Part shown: piece by piece, positions 9,994 through 20,119 of the stretch | Layout: every line of letters starts with the position of its first letter | Position numbering within the stretch: position 1 is the stretch's first letter | Virus record (IMG/VR): IMGVR_UViG_2894657497_000001 | Coordinates: 1-64,000 of that record | Strand: one strand, 5' to 3' | Length of the DNA stretch: 64,000 nucleotides | Source: a virus | Taxonomy: Duplodnaviria; Caudoviricetes | Made by a program: the position numbers and the translations under genes | Notes under the pieces: model-generated | Told to the model about the DNA's origin: nothing | Database searches by the model: none | What the model saw: the letters and a program-made list of their open reading frames with translations, nothing else

Positions 9994-11965
9994 GCAGGAG
10001 GAACGCGCCCGAGCAATGAAGCTCCTGCAGGAACGGGGAGTCACGATACCGCAGCACATCGTCGCATCGGGCCGGCCCTCAATCGCCAAGGACGTACCGA
10101 ACAGCCTGTACGAACTAGTCGAGAAGATCCGGCGAACGCTTAAGGTCGACAACGAGCCGTTCACATGGGAGGGGCACGAGTACCTGATCGAGCCGTACAA
10201 GGCCATGCAGGTGACCGGCGACCATGACCTGAACGGGCTCAAGATGGTGCTCATGTGCGGAGCCCAGGTGGGTAAGACCATCTTCGGATTTCTCGCGCTC
10301 GTATGGCTCGCGCTGCGATTTTGGGGGAAATACTTCGGGTACTTCCTCCCGGACCAGGCCATGGCCATGATATTTTCCGACGTCCGATTCAAGCCGACCG
10401 TGCGCAGCATCCCGGAGATCAAGCCGCTCTGGGGAGAGGATCCAGACGCCGACCCGGGAGAGAAACGAAAGACCGACCAGAAGCGCGTCAGGTCCATCGG
10501 CCCCTCGCAGATATTTTTCAGCTACATGCAGGGCGCCACCTCCACCGAGTCGATACCGATGCTCGGCGTGATCTTCGACGAGGTCCGCAAGATGATGGAA
10601 GGCGACATCGAGCGGGCCGAGGAACGTATCAGCCACTCGCCATACCCCATCAACTTCAAATACAGCACCGCGGGCTACCCAGACGCAAACATCGACAAAT
10701 ACTTCAAACAGTCCGACCAGCACCGGTTCCACAGCCGGTGCGGATGCAAGGACGGCGTGGTCCTGGCCGACTGCTTCCCGGATTGCATCGGCCAGCGCGG
10801 CAAGGAGTACGTCTACGTCTGCCCGACCTGCAACGAGATCATCACCAACCCCCGAGACGGCCTGTGGATCCCCCACAACCCGGAATCGAAAATCATCGGC
10901 TACCACATACCGCAGACCCTATCCTGCCGGCAGACGCCCGAGAAGATCATCCGCGCATACGAAGAGGCGCAAGACCTACAGGAGTTTTTCAACTCCAAGC
11001 TGGGGATCGCATACCTGGCGCCGGAGTCGCGCATCGTCAGCGACGACATCCTCCAGGCCACGGTCAACCCCGACCTGAAATGGCTTACCAAGGGCACCAA
11101 CTTCGCCATGGGCGTGGACCAGATGGGCGGATTTAACGTGGTCGTGATCCGCTATTGGGGGCCGAAGACCGACAGCGGCCTCCACAAGTCCCGGCTGGCG
11201 CACATCGAGTTTGTCTACGCAGACGATCCATGGGAACGCTGCGACGAGCTCATGAAGCAATACGATATCAGCGCATGCGTCGTCGACGGTCTGCCGAACA
11301 TCAACGAGGCCCGCAGGTTCGCGCAACGGCACCGCGGCAAGGTCTGGCTGGCGGACTACAGCTACGAGACGAAGGGCGACGGCGATATCTGCGAATGGGG
11401 CGACCGACCAAAGCAGAGCGCATCCGAGAAGCGGTCGAGCGACGAGATCAAGAACAAGTTCACGGTCCGCATCAGCCGATACCACGGCATCGAGTGGAAC
11501 CTCATGAAGTACGTCCACCGGTTCAAGGAGCAGCCGAACGAACTGGCGCTGGAAGCCGAGATACAGGACACGCTCGGCAAGAAGAAGATGGTTCGCATGT
11601 GCAAGGACGTGTTCTGGGTACACCTGCAGAAGGTGGCCCGGCGCAAGGAGTGGATCGACGAGTCGCAGGGCAAGTTCCGCATGATCTTCGAGAACATCGG
11701 CCTGGACCCCCACTGCCTGCACTCCGACCTTTACTGCGAACTGGCGCTCTCCCGGGTACCGGTCGATAGCCGCAACCGGCCATTCGGGGATTTGGCTCCC
11801 AGCGACAAGAAGCCCGGGGAGCATTCCTGGACGAAGCAGGGAGCATCCCAGGTCTATATCTGCGACCACTGCCGGATGGCGGTCAGAGCCAATCCCGGGC
11901 AGACAGCACAGGCGGCGGCAGATGCAGCAGGATACACAGCATGCCAGGCGGATTGGCAGGCATAG
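9974..11965 (+). CDS. terL: Terminase large subunit (GpA-like)
   Basis: Walker A-like GAQVGKT, Walker B VIFDEV, C-terminal nuclease GVDQMGG, Zn-ribbon CPTC. Confidence 0.88.
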   Translation: MELERRKQEERARAMKLLQERGVTIPQHIVASGRPSIAKDVPNSLYELVEKIRRTLKVDNEPFTWEGHEYLIEPYKAMQVTGDHDLNGLKMVLMCGAQVGKTIFGFLALVWLALRFWGKYFGYFLPDQAMAMIFSDVRFKPTVRSIPEIKPLWGEDPDADPGEKRKTDQKRVRSIGPSQIFFSYMQGATSTESIPMLGVIFDEVRKMMEGDIERAEERISHSPYPINFKYSTAGYPDANIDKYFKQSDQHRFHSRCGCKDGVVLADCFPDCIGQRGKEYVYVCPTCNEIITNPRDGLWIPHNPESKIIGYHIPQTLSCRQTPEKIIRAYEEAQDLQEFFNSKLGIAYLAPESRIVSDDILQATVNPDLKWLTKGTNFAMGVDQMGGFNVVVIRYWGPKTDSGLHKSRLAHIEFVYADDPWERCDELMKQYDISACVVDGLPNINEARRFAQRHRGKVWLADYSYETKGDGDICEWGDRPKQSASEKRSSDEIKNKFTVRISRYHGIEWNLMKYVHRFKEQPNELALEAEIQDTLGKKKMVRMCKDVFWVHLQKVARRKEWIDESQGKFRMIFENIGLDPHCLHSDLYCELALSRVPVDSRNRPFGDLAPSDKKPGEHSWTKQGASQVYICDHCRMAVRANPGQTAQAAADAAGYTACQADWQA

Positions 11966-12015
11966 TAACGAGAAAATCCGATAAGGGCAGCAATCAAACC
12001 ACCAGGGAGGTAACT

Positions 12016-15000
12016 ATGGAAGCATGCAGTAACCCGGAGTGCCCGCACCACGAAATTCCGCTGGGCAAAGACGGTTGTTTTGAAGTCAGAACAATCAAAG
12101 GTATTTTTCCCAACCAGACGATTGAAAACCGCCTCTTTAAGAGCCACCTATACCGCGACGACCATGGCAGGGATTTGTATTTTTGCGATATCTGCCACAG
12201 CGCCATATGGATGGTGCAGAACGGAGGGCACCGATAATGGAGAAATTCTGGATGATCGCCAACGTGGCTGCGGCAACCGAGCTACCGAACGGAGACGAGA
12301 AGATCGAGCCGCAGCACGCACCGAAGTACATTCACATGCACGAGGACGCGGCAGAGCAGGAGCTTATCCGCCTACAGCAAGCGCATCCTTCCGGCACGTT
12401 CGTCCTGCTCGAAGCCATGAGCATCGCCAAGCCGAGGATGGTAATGGTGATCGAAAAGCTGGAACTGCCGCCGCCGTTTTAGGCCGTAGCGTATGGCAAA
12501 CATTTTTATGGCAGCCAAGCAGAAAATGTGATACTTTCTGCGGGTAAATATAGCACTTTCCGCAAAGGCAAGGGGAGCAATGAGCAGCGACAAAAGACAG
12601 GGCCTGGAGGTTATCCAGGATGAAAACGAGATGTTCACCGTGGTGATCAGAATGGGCCGCCACAAGACCAGCATCAGGGGCAAACAGGAATATAACCGGA
12701 CGCTCCGCAGCATCATCAAGCAATGCGAGTGCCGCCTCGTTGACAAGAGGGTCAAGCATGCATGAGATCAACTGCCGCACCGACTGCCCGGACATAGGGC
12801 GCTGCTGCCGGGTGTTTATTCTCAACAGGGGCGCGAACTACAAGCGCAGCATCGAAGAAAAGACCCCATTCAGAGTAATTAAAGCGGAAGAACAAAGCTG
12901 CGTCGCTACCTGCAAGAACCTGCAGGCGGACGGCCTGTGCAGCGACTACGAGAATCGGCCCGCGACGTGTTGGGATTATACGCCCGGGGTGGAGTCGTTG
13001 TGCGCTCTTTTCGTCGGTCCACCAAAGCCAGGTGGCATGACCGAACTGAATCCCGAACTGCTGTACATGCGGGAGAGCAACACGGCGCATCATTCTGCGA
13101 GGGCGGCTTTAGAGGTAACAGAAGGTAAAGCCATGCCCGCTGCGTAGCGCATGGCATACAGCGGGCCACAAAAAAGGGAGAGAGGACATATGAGGTTACC
13201 TCAAACATTCATGGCATACCAACTCAGAACATGGCCCGTCGAAGAAGAACGAAAGTGCGGGAAACGGACATGGTGGCAGCCGGCGAGGCCGCTACCGTTT
13301 CGCACCGGGATCGTCGGATTTTTCCGGTTCCTGCCGTTACGCCTCAAGATCACCTGGAGAGTTTTCTCCGGGAGATACGACGCGGTGAGCTGGACGGAGA
13401 GCGGCGATGGCAGCCCGCGGCGCACCAGCAGCGGGAACGCCAGCGTGACCGACAACGAAGCGATCAAGCAGAGGGTAGGGGCGTTTATGTCAACTGCCGA
13501 CGATCCGAGAGTAATCATCAGCGACCTATACGCCTCGCTGGTGAGAACCGAGCACGCGCTGGAAGCCGCGATATCGAACACGGATGGAGCCACAAAAATA
13601 TGAAAACCATCAGAGCAATCATCGCATATCTGTTTTGCCCATACGACAGCACCGACGACAAGGACAAAGGCGAGAGAAGCGGGCTCACAACGGCGGTGGA
13701 TCATGCCACCGGTGTCCATTATCTCAAATCGTGGGCATTCGGCACTCCCATCGTCAGGCTCCGGGCCGATGGAATCCCATACACAGAAAAGGACGCCAAG
13801 CCGTTCTGGACGACCGAAAAGCCGACCGTCGAAGGCTACTACTGGACGAGGATAGACTGGCAAGACGTCAGCCCGGAGCCGGTGCGGGTCGCCATCAACC
13901 CGGACGAAGCCTGCAAGTTTGAGCGCGTGTGGATCTGGCGCACCGGGGAAGAAAATGCCACCGAGTTCGGCGATTTTGTGCGGCTGTTCGGCGGGGAATG
14001 GTACGGGCCGGTGGCGGGACCGCAGTAACCACGGAGGAAATCCGCCATGAAACACCTGCCAGAAATTTTGATCGCAGCCGCGCTGGCAATAGAGATTTAT
14101 TCGTTTTTTGCCTGCATGGCGCTGTTTAACACACCCTACCCATTCTTAAAATGGAGCCAAAAATGGGAACTCGAGCAACAATCCAATTCAAAGACCGCAA
14201 CGATGTGTACTACGTGTACCGAGGACACGACGGCCACCCGGAAAACGTCTTGGCCGACATCGAGGAAGTCCTGGAAAAAGTGAAAGGGAGATGGAGTGGC
14301 CCCGAGTGCGAACTGCTCGTCACGTTTTTCCTCGGCGTGACCTTTTTCAAAAGTGCCAACAGTCGGGTCCCAGACTATCAGATCACCAGCAGCTTCCACG
14401 GAGACGAGAGCTACCGCTACTACGTCGAATACGATTGGGGCACCCATAGCTGGAAAGTCACACACCAGTAACGGAGGACCACGATGCACCTTTACACGGA
14501 ATGCCCGGGATGCGGGAAACCAGTGACAGCCAACCTCACCCACAAGGAGGCATGGTGCGGCACCGACGAGATGCGACCGGCAGCCGTGGTGATGTGCCCC
14601 GAGTGCCGGACGGAGATAGAGATACTGGTCGTGACCAGGAGGAAAACGTGACAAGCACGACGCTCGTGGAACGAATCAAGGATATCACAAAACGGGGCAT
14701 CATCATCGACCGGCCAGGGTGCATAGAGGCGAAGGTGCCCCGCAAACAGATCCCAGCCGTTGAAAAATTATTGAGGGACAACGTACCAATTTGCGTCTGG
14801 TTTGAAGTCGGCCCGCTGCCATTCTGGGCATGCCGATTCCAGAAATTTCAAGCCAGACAGGACACGACCGGATTCCCGACTACAAGAACAAAGGAGCGAC
14901 AATGACCGAAGCAAACGAATTACTCCGCAGCGCCCACGAAATAGCGAAGCGGGAAGGCGTCGAAACCAATTGGGAAGCCTTCAAAAAAAACCTGCTGAGA

Positions 15001-15504
15001 GAGCTCAAACGCCAGGCCGGGGCGCTGGACGAGACGGATGAGCAAACCACTCTGCGTGCGACCTGCACGGCGAAGACATACAGGCTGCACCACTCGTGCA
15101 GAGACGTCGGAACTCTGCCGCCCCTCATGGATATGGTGGATAGGCTGCGGAACTTCCAAAACGGCATCCACGGGCAATTTTTTTTAGAGGCAGCGGACAG
15201 GATCGAAAGGCTGACATCGGACAATCAAGTCCTCCACCTCAAAAACGAAGCTCTGAAAGCGCCGCAGAGAGTCGAAGATGCACCGCTCTGGTGCGTCCAT
15301 ATCGAGGGGCCGGACGACCTGATCGCAATGCCGTCAATGGATGCCGCAGGCAGAGAGGCGGCAAAGCTCAATAAGTCGATTGGGCGGCAATGGGAGGAAG
15401 GCGACCCCGAGATTACCGCCATCGCAACCCTGTGGCCGTATTCGGCAGAGTCCCACGCAAAGGCTCTGGCCGAGGCCCAGGAAGAAGAGAACGCAACCCA
15501 CTAG
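12016..15504 (+). CDS. Cluster of small accessory hypothetical genes
   Basis: Consecutive plus-strand ORFs with GGAG RBSs (e.g. MEACSNPEC, MEKFWMI, MSSDKRQ, MRLPQTF, MKTIRAI, MGTRATI, MTEANEL). Confidence 0.5.
12758..13147 (+). CDS. YkgJ-like cysteine-cluster (Fe-S/Zn) protein
   Basis: CRTDCPDIGRCC...CKNLQADGLCSDYENRPATCWDY pattern. Confidence 0.7.
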   Translation: MHEINCRTDCPDIGRCCRVFILNRGANYKRSIEEKTPFRVIKAEEQSCVATCKNLQADGLCSDYENRPATCWDYTPGVESLCALFVGPPKPGGMTELNPELLYMRESNTAHHSARAALEVTEGKAMPAA

Positions 15505-15515
15505 AAAGGAACGAA

Positions 15516-15932
15516 ATGGACCTCCGAGACACCATCACCGAATGCGCAGAGATCACCAAGGCTCACGGCTTCGCCACCGACCAGCACGCGACACAGCTTG
15601 CGCTTATCGTGACCGAAGTAGCCGAGGCAATGGAATGCGTCAATCTCCTGAACCCTGCCGACAGCATCAGCGAGTCCGTAATGCTCGATTTCTGCAACGG
15701 CATATTGGCCAAGAGCTACGGCTTCGAGGCATTCCGCAAGAGCGCGAAGCACCACGAAGACAATTCCATCGTCGTCGATCAGGACCACCTCAACGAGGAA
15801 CTGGCCGACATCGTGATACGGGTATGCAGCTACGTCGGCGGGAACGGCCAGACCGACGCCTTCCTGCAGGCGCTCGCGGCCAAGATCGAGAAGAACCGCA
15901 ACAGGCCGTACCTGCACGGCAAGGGATTCTGA
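15516..15932 (+). CDS. MazG-like nucleotide pyrophosphohydrolase
   Basis: TEVAEAME...EELADIVIR acidic metal-binding motifs; KIEKNRNRPYLHGK C-terminus. Confidence 0.75.
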   Translation: MDLRDTITECAEITKAHGFATDQHATQLALIVTEVAEAMECVNLLNPADSISESVMLDFCNGILAKSYGFEAFRKSAKHHEDNSIVVDQDHLNEELADIVIRVCSYVGGNGQTDAFLQALAAKIEKNRNRPYLHGKGF

Positions 15933-15949
15933 CAACAGAAAGGAGAAGC

Positions 15950-16183
15950 ATGAGCCAGAAAGATGCAGTAGACCATCCCCAACACTACGGCGGGAAGGAC
16001 AACCCATACGAAGCCATAAAGGTGATCGAGGCTTGGGAACTGGGATTTTGCCTTGGCAACACCGTGAAGTACCTGTCTCGCGCAGGTAAGAAAAACCCTG
16101 ACAAGGCCATCGAAGATCTGGAAAAAGCTGCATGGTACCTGCAGCGTGAAATCGAAAGGAGAAAGTCTGATGCAACTTGTTAA
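15950..16183 (+). CDS. DUF3310 (SaV-like) protein
   Basis: DAVDHPQHY...GFCLGNTVKYLSRAGKK...EDLEKAAWYL. Confidence 0.8.
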   Translation: MSQKDAVDHPQHYGGKDNPYEAIKVIEAWELGFCLGNTVKYLSRAGKKNPDKAIEDLEKAAWYLQREIERRKSDATC

Positions 16184-16811
16184 GCCATCCGTGGAGATAC
16201 TCCACATCAACACCGATGCACTGCAACTGATCGAGACAGCCGGGCGCACCTGCTACAAGAGCGAGGACAAGATCACCGCAGACTCCGCCCCGAAGTTTTC
16301 CGAGATGATACTGAAGCGCGGGCACGAGTCGGTGCTCGAACACGCAACGGCATCGGCGCGGTTCATCTGCGACCGCGGTGTCACCCACGAGATCGTCCGG
16401 CACCGGATCGCCAGCTACAGTCAGGAGAGCACCAGGTACTGCGACTACGGCGGGGCCGTGGCCTTCGTGATTCCACCTTGGGTCGATATCGAGCCCGGCG
16501 AGTATACCGGCGAGGATTTGACCACCATAGACGATACCCTGGATCGCCTATGGTTTGTTGCGATGGCCGGAGCAGAGGCAGATTACCAGCACCTGAGAGA
16601 AATGGGATGGCGTCCGGAACAGGCCCGGTCCGTGCTGCCGAACAGCCTTAAAACGGAAATCGTGATGACCGCCAACCTCCGCGAGTGGCGCCACTTTTTC
16701 AAGCTGCGCTGCTCCCCGGCAGCCCACCCCCAGATGCGCGAGGTCGCCATACCGCTGCTCGCCGCGATGCACGCGCAAATCCCCGTGATATTCGATGATA
16801 TGACATGCTGA
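16170..16811 (+). CDS. thyX: FAD-dependent thymidylate synthase
   Basis: RGHESVLEH and the RHRIASYSQESTRY ThyX signature; ARSVLP; NLREWRHF. Confidence 0.93.
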   Translation: MQLVKPSVEILHINTDALQLIETAGRTCYKSEDKITADSAPKFSEMILKRGHESVLEHATASARFICDRGVTHEIVRHRIASYSQESTRYCDYGGAVAFVIPPWVDIEPGEYTGEDLTTIDDTLDRLWFVAMAGAEADYQHLREMGWRPEQARSVLPNSLKTEIVMTANLREWRHFFKLRCSPAAHPQMREVAIPLLAAMHAQIPVIFDDMTC

Positions 16812-16929
16812 TATTTACCCTCGGCGGATTCAACAACATGACGTGGAAGGTTCCGGCACCGGCCAACCGCCACGAGCACCGTGAGCACCGTGAGCACAAG
16901 AAGACCGGAAAGGTGCGGCGGTAAGTTAC

Positions 16930-17440
16930 AGCCAGCCAACGGAAAGAAGAAACCCATAGTATGAAAGCGAGCCACATGAATCGAGTCACCCAGAATTGAA
17001 CAGCGAGCCATATGTTTAAAGAAACCCACTCCCAGGTAGCGAGCCCCTAAGATGAAGCAACCCATAAAGTGACAGCGAGCCATAAGAAGCGAGAAACCCG
17101 GACCTCTGAAGCGAGCCAACGAAAGAAAGACCCCCATCTGCGGCGAGCGAGCCAATGCGTGAATGAAACCCGATGAGCACAAGCGAGCCAAATTTTTTTA
17201 GACACCCAAAAAGAACAAGCGAGCCAAAATGAAAAAGCAATCCGTTTTTTCCTAGCGAGCCACTGATATGTAGCAACCCGATGAAAGAAAGCGAGCCGGA
17301 AAAGGAGAGCAACCCGATTTGTTTTTAGCGAGCCATCTGTTTTGAGAAGCCCAAAATATCTAAGCGAGCCATTTCGCCAAAGAAGCCCAAAAAGAAATAG
17401 CGAGCCACGAGAACCGAGAAACCCTATGAATCGTAGCGAC
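16930..17440 (+). repeat. TIGR-like dual-repeat guide array 1 (14 units, 36-nt period)
   Basis: AGCGAGCCA-N9-AG(A/C)AACCC(A/G)-N9 repeated 14 times (one 37-nt unit); spacers all different; ends in AGCGAC. Confidence 0.9.
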
Positions 17441-17498
17441 ATCATTCTAGCGACAAATCTTTAACCGATAGCAGCATACCAAACCACAGGAGGAAACC

Positions 17499-18509
17499 AT
17501 GCCCGCAGGAAATTTTAAAACCATCGTCAGGGGCTGCTACGACATACAGCAACTCCGCATCCAGACCGGCAACCGCATCGTCGGGAACTTCAAGGCCAAG
17601 CTGGGCCAGGCTCCCGGCCAGAGCGAGGACACCCTGGACGACGAGTCGAAAGCGATGCTCGATCAGATCAGGGTCAACAATAAGCGGGTCGCCACCGGCG
17701 CCGTCGACGAACTGGAGCAGGAAGACAAGAAGGCCAAGAAGGTGGCCGGGTTCGTGACCAAGCTGCTCGAAAAGCACTACGCCATGCTTGCCCCGGACGG
17801 CCTCCCCCAGAAAAAGAAGTTTGCCGGCGATGCGGTGATCAGCGACTACACCGAGATCGCCTTGATATCGCAGTACAAGGAGCTTGAATCCCAGGAGGCC
17901 AAGCACTTCCGCAACCTCGGGAAGATACTTGAGGACTACCCGATCTACACCGAGTTTATGGAGAAGGTCAAGGGCATCGGGCCGGCCATGGCTGGCGTGA
18001 TCATCAGCGAGATCGATATCACCAAGGCCCGGCACCCGAGCAGCCTCTGGAAGTACGCCGGCCTGGACGTAGCAGACGACGGCAGAGGCCGCAGCCGCAG
18101 GAAAGAGCATCTACAGACTGTAGCGTATATTGATCGGGACGGACACGACGCCACCCGCAACGGCATCACGTTCAACCCCTTCCTGAAGACGAAGCTGACC
18201 GGAGTCCTGGCCAGCAGCTTCCTCCGGGCTGGCGACAACAAATACCGGCAGATATATGACGACTACAAGCACCGGCTGGAGAGCCACGAGAACTGGCAGG
18301 ACAAGAAGGTGCCCAACGAGAAGACCGGCAAGGACAAGATCGCCAGCGAGAAGGCGCACCGGCACAATGCTGCGATGCGGTACATGGTTAAGATTTTTTT
18401 GATCGACCTCTACACAGCATGGCGGGCGCTGGAAGGGCTGCCGGTCTCCGCCCCTTACCAGGATGCGAAGCTGGGGTACGTCCACGGCGGGGAGAAGCAG
18501 GCGGCGTAA
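17499..18509 (+). CDS. TasA-like Nop-domain (IS110-related) RNA-binding protein with no visible nuclease domain
   Basis: N-terminal coiled coil YDIQQLRIQTGNRI; VKGIGPAMAGVIISEID...SLWKYAGL, FNPFLKTKL, HNAAMRYMVKIFL resemble the IS110 C-terminal/Nop domain; no N-terminal DEDD RuvC or HNH motif; flanked by arrays. Confidence 0.85.
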   Translation: MPAGNFKTIVRGCYDIQQLRIQTGNRIVGNFKAKLGQAPGQSEDTLDDESKAMLDQIRVNNKRVATGAVDELEQEDKKAKKVAGFVTKLLEKHYAMLAPDGLPQKKKFAGDAVISDYTEIALISQYKELESQEAKHFRNLGKILEDYPIYTEFMEKVKGIGPAMAGVIISEIDITKARHPSSLWKYAGLDVADDGRGRSRRKEHLQTVAYIDRDGHDATRNGITFNPFLKTKLTGVLASSFLRAGDNKYRQIYDDYKHRLESHENWQDKKVPNEKTGKDKIASEKAHRHNAAMRYMVKIFLIDLYTAWRALEGLPVSAPYQDAKLGYVHGGEKQAA

Positions 18510-18512
18510 CGA

Positions 18513-19023
18513 TTACGGCCAATAGGATGGAGAAACCCATTCGACCAAAGCGAGCCGCAAACTTTTAGAAACCCATTGTGACAAAGCGAGCCGGAGGTAT
18601 CAAGAACCCCACAATGTACAAGCGTGCCATTGATTGAAAGAAACCCGAAATTGGAAAGCGAGCCGAATGACTTAATAAATACATGACAGAAAAGCGAGCC
18701 ATCCATTTTTAGAAACCCGTAAAAAGGAAGCGAGCCACGAATGACAAGAAACCCACATGAGCAAAGCGAGCCGTAAAAGAATAGCAACCCATTGCCTTTA
18801 AGCGTGCCTGTATGCGCGAGAAACCCATCTGAGTTGAGCGAGCCGCAATATAGTAGCAACCCAGTATAGAAAAGCGAGCCAACGTGCCAGAGGACACCAC
18901 ACTGCTCAAGCGAGCCGAAGGATCATAGCCACCCAACCACGGGAAAGCGAGCCACCACCACTGAGAACACCAAAGAAAGTAAGCGAGCCATCTTGTGAAA
19001 GAAGCCCAGTATTAGCAAGCGAC
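18513..19023 (+). repeat. TIGR-like dual-repeat guide array 2 (14 units, 36-nt period)
   Basis: Same AGCGAGCC(A/G)-N9-AGAAACCCA-N9 architecture; 14 units, one of 37 nt; ends in AGCGAC. Confidence 0.9.
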
Positions 19024-19043
19024 TACCAAAACAGGAGAAAACG

Positions 19044-19376
19044 ATGATCAGCAAGCAAGAATTCGTGAAAGCATTAAATGCCATCCTCGCACGCGAGGCG
19101 CTGCGGAACAAAATCGACAATGACATGGCCGGCATCGGCATCGGGATAATCGCCGACCCGCTGGAAGACGCCCTGGTGGACGTGCTCGATGCCACCCTTG
19201 ACCTCAATCATCCCCCGAAAGACGGAATCGTTAGCTGGTGGCTGTACGAGTGCTCGGCGGTGACCGCGCCGCGAGTAGGCAAATGCAGCATCGGGGATAA
19301 GGACTACACCATCACCACCCCCGAAGAACTCTACGACTACGCCATGGACTACCAGGGGGTAGCATGCGCCAAATAG
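19044..19376 (+). CDS. Hypothetical protein
   Basis: AGGAG RBS; VSWWLYE...ITTPEELYDY. Confidence 0.6.
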   Translation: MISKQEFVKALNAILAREALRNKIDNDMAGIGIGIIADPLEDALVDVLDATLDLNHPPKDGIVSWWLYECSAVTAPRVGKCSIGDKDYTITTPEELYDYAMDYQGVACAK

Positions 19377-19717
19377 TCTACGTCGCCGGCCCGTACACGG
19401 CCCCCACGAGGGAAGGCATCCAGGCCAACATCGACAAAGCCGAGGCCATTGGCAAAATGCTGCTGCTCCAAGGCGACACCCCGCTGATACCGCACCGGAT
19501 CACCGGGCATTGGGACGCAGACCCGAGATTCTCGGGCATGACGGCGAGAGACTGGATGAACGACGTATGCCTCCCGCTGCTGGACCGCTGCGACGCGATC
19601 ATCATGTGCCCCGGATGGATTAATAGCCCCGGATCCCTGCAGGAGCACCAGCATGCGGTCGTCACCGGGAAGCTGATCATGTATTTCGAGGACGATATGC
19701 CTGCGCTCACACCGTAG
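19364..19717 (+). CDS. DUF4406/DUF1937-like nucleoside-deoxyribosyltransferase-fold protein
   Basis: VYVAGPYT...LDRCDAIIMCPGWINSPGSLQE. Confidence 0.7.
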   Translation: MRQIVYVAGPYTAPTREGIQANIDKAEAIGKMLLLQGDTPLIPHRITGHWDADPRFSGMTARDWMNDVCLPLLDRCDAIIMCPGWINSPGSLQEHQHAVVTGKLIMYFEDDMPALTP

Positions 19718-19777
19718 CGCATACAAAACAAAGCAGGAGGCCGGCAACGGCCATAAACTAAAGGAGGTAGCAAGAAG

Positions 19778-20119
19778 ATGGTGAAAGAAGTGATGAAAGT
19801 AACAGGAGGGGTACTGCTGGGGATCGTGTGCGTCCTCGTACTGACATGGCTGTTCATGGGCAACGACTTTTTCATGTACAAGTTCTTCGCCCCGAAGACG
19901 GAAGCGGTCCGGCGCCAGACGCTCGAGCAATCAAAATCCTACAACCAGGGCATGGTGCAGGAGATCCAGAACATGCAGTTTGATTACATCAACGCGAGCC
20001 CGGAGCATAAGGCTGCCCTCGCCTCGATCATCCTCCACCGGGTCGCTGACTACGGCGAGGAAAAGCTGCCCGCAGACCTGCGGCAGTTTATCAACGGGCT
20101 GAAAGCAGGCGGCCTGTGA
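19778..20119 (+). CDS. Single-pass membrane protein
   Basis: N-terminal hydrophobic helix GGVLLGIVCVLVLTWLF. Confidence 0.6.
   Translation: MVKEVMKVTGGVLLGIVCVLVLTWLFMGNDFFMYKFFAPKTEAVRRQTLEQSKSYNQGMVQEIQNMQFDYINASPEHKAALASIILHRVADYGEEKLPADLRQFINGLKAGGL

Noticed and set aside
16583-17445. Minus-strand ORFs over the arrays (also 18455-18936) with recurring GSL/LAR/WLA peptides
   Set aside because: They result from the 36-nt periodicity (a multiple of 3) and have no RBS or protein-like composition
17499-18509. Active IS110 transposase
   Set aside because: The N-terminal DEDD RuvC-like catalytic domain is missing, and the flanks are periodic arrays rather than IS ends
18810-18818. Spacer GTATGCGCG resembles the dispersed 18-bp motif (GTATGCGCT)
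   Set aside because: Only 8 of 9 nt match, and the partner spacer does not match next to any motif copy I checked
16930-19023. CRISPR array interpretation
   Set aside because: Repeats are two alternating 9-nt motifs with 9-nt spacers, not 23-50-nt repeats with ~30-nt spacers; no cas genes in the window
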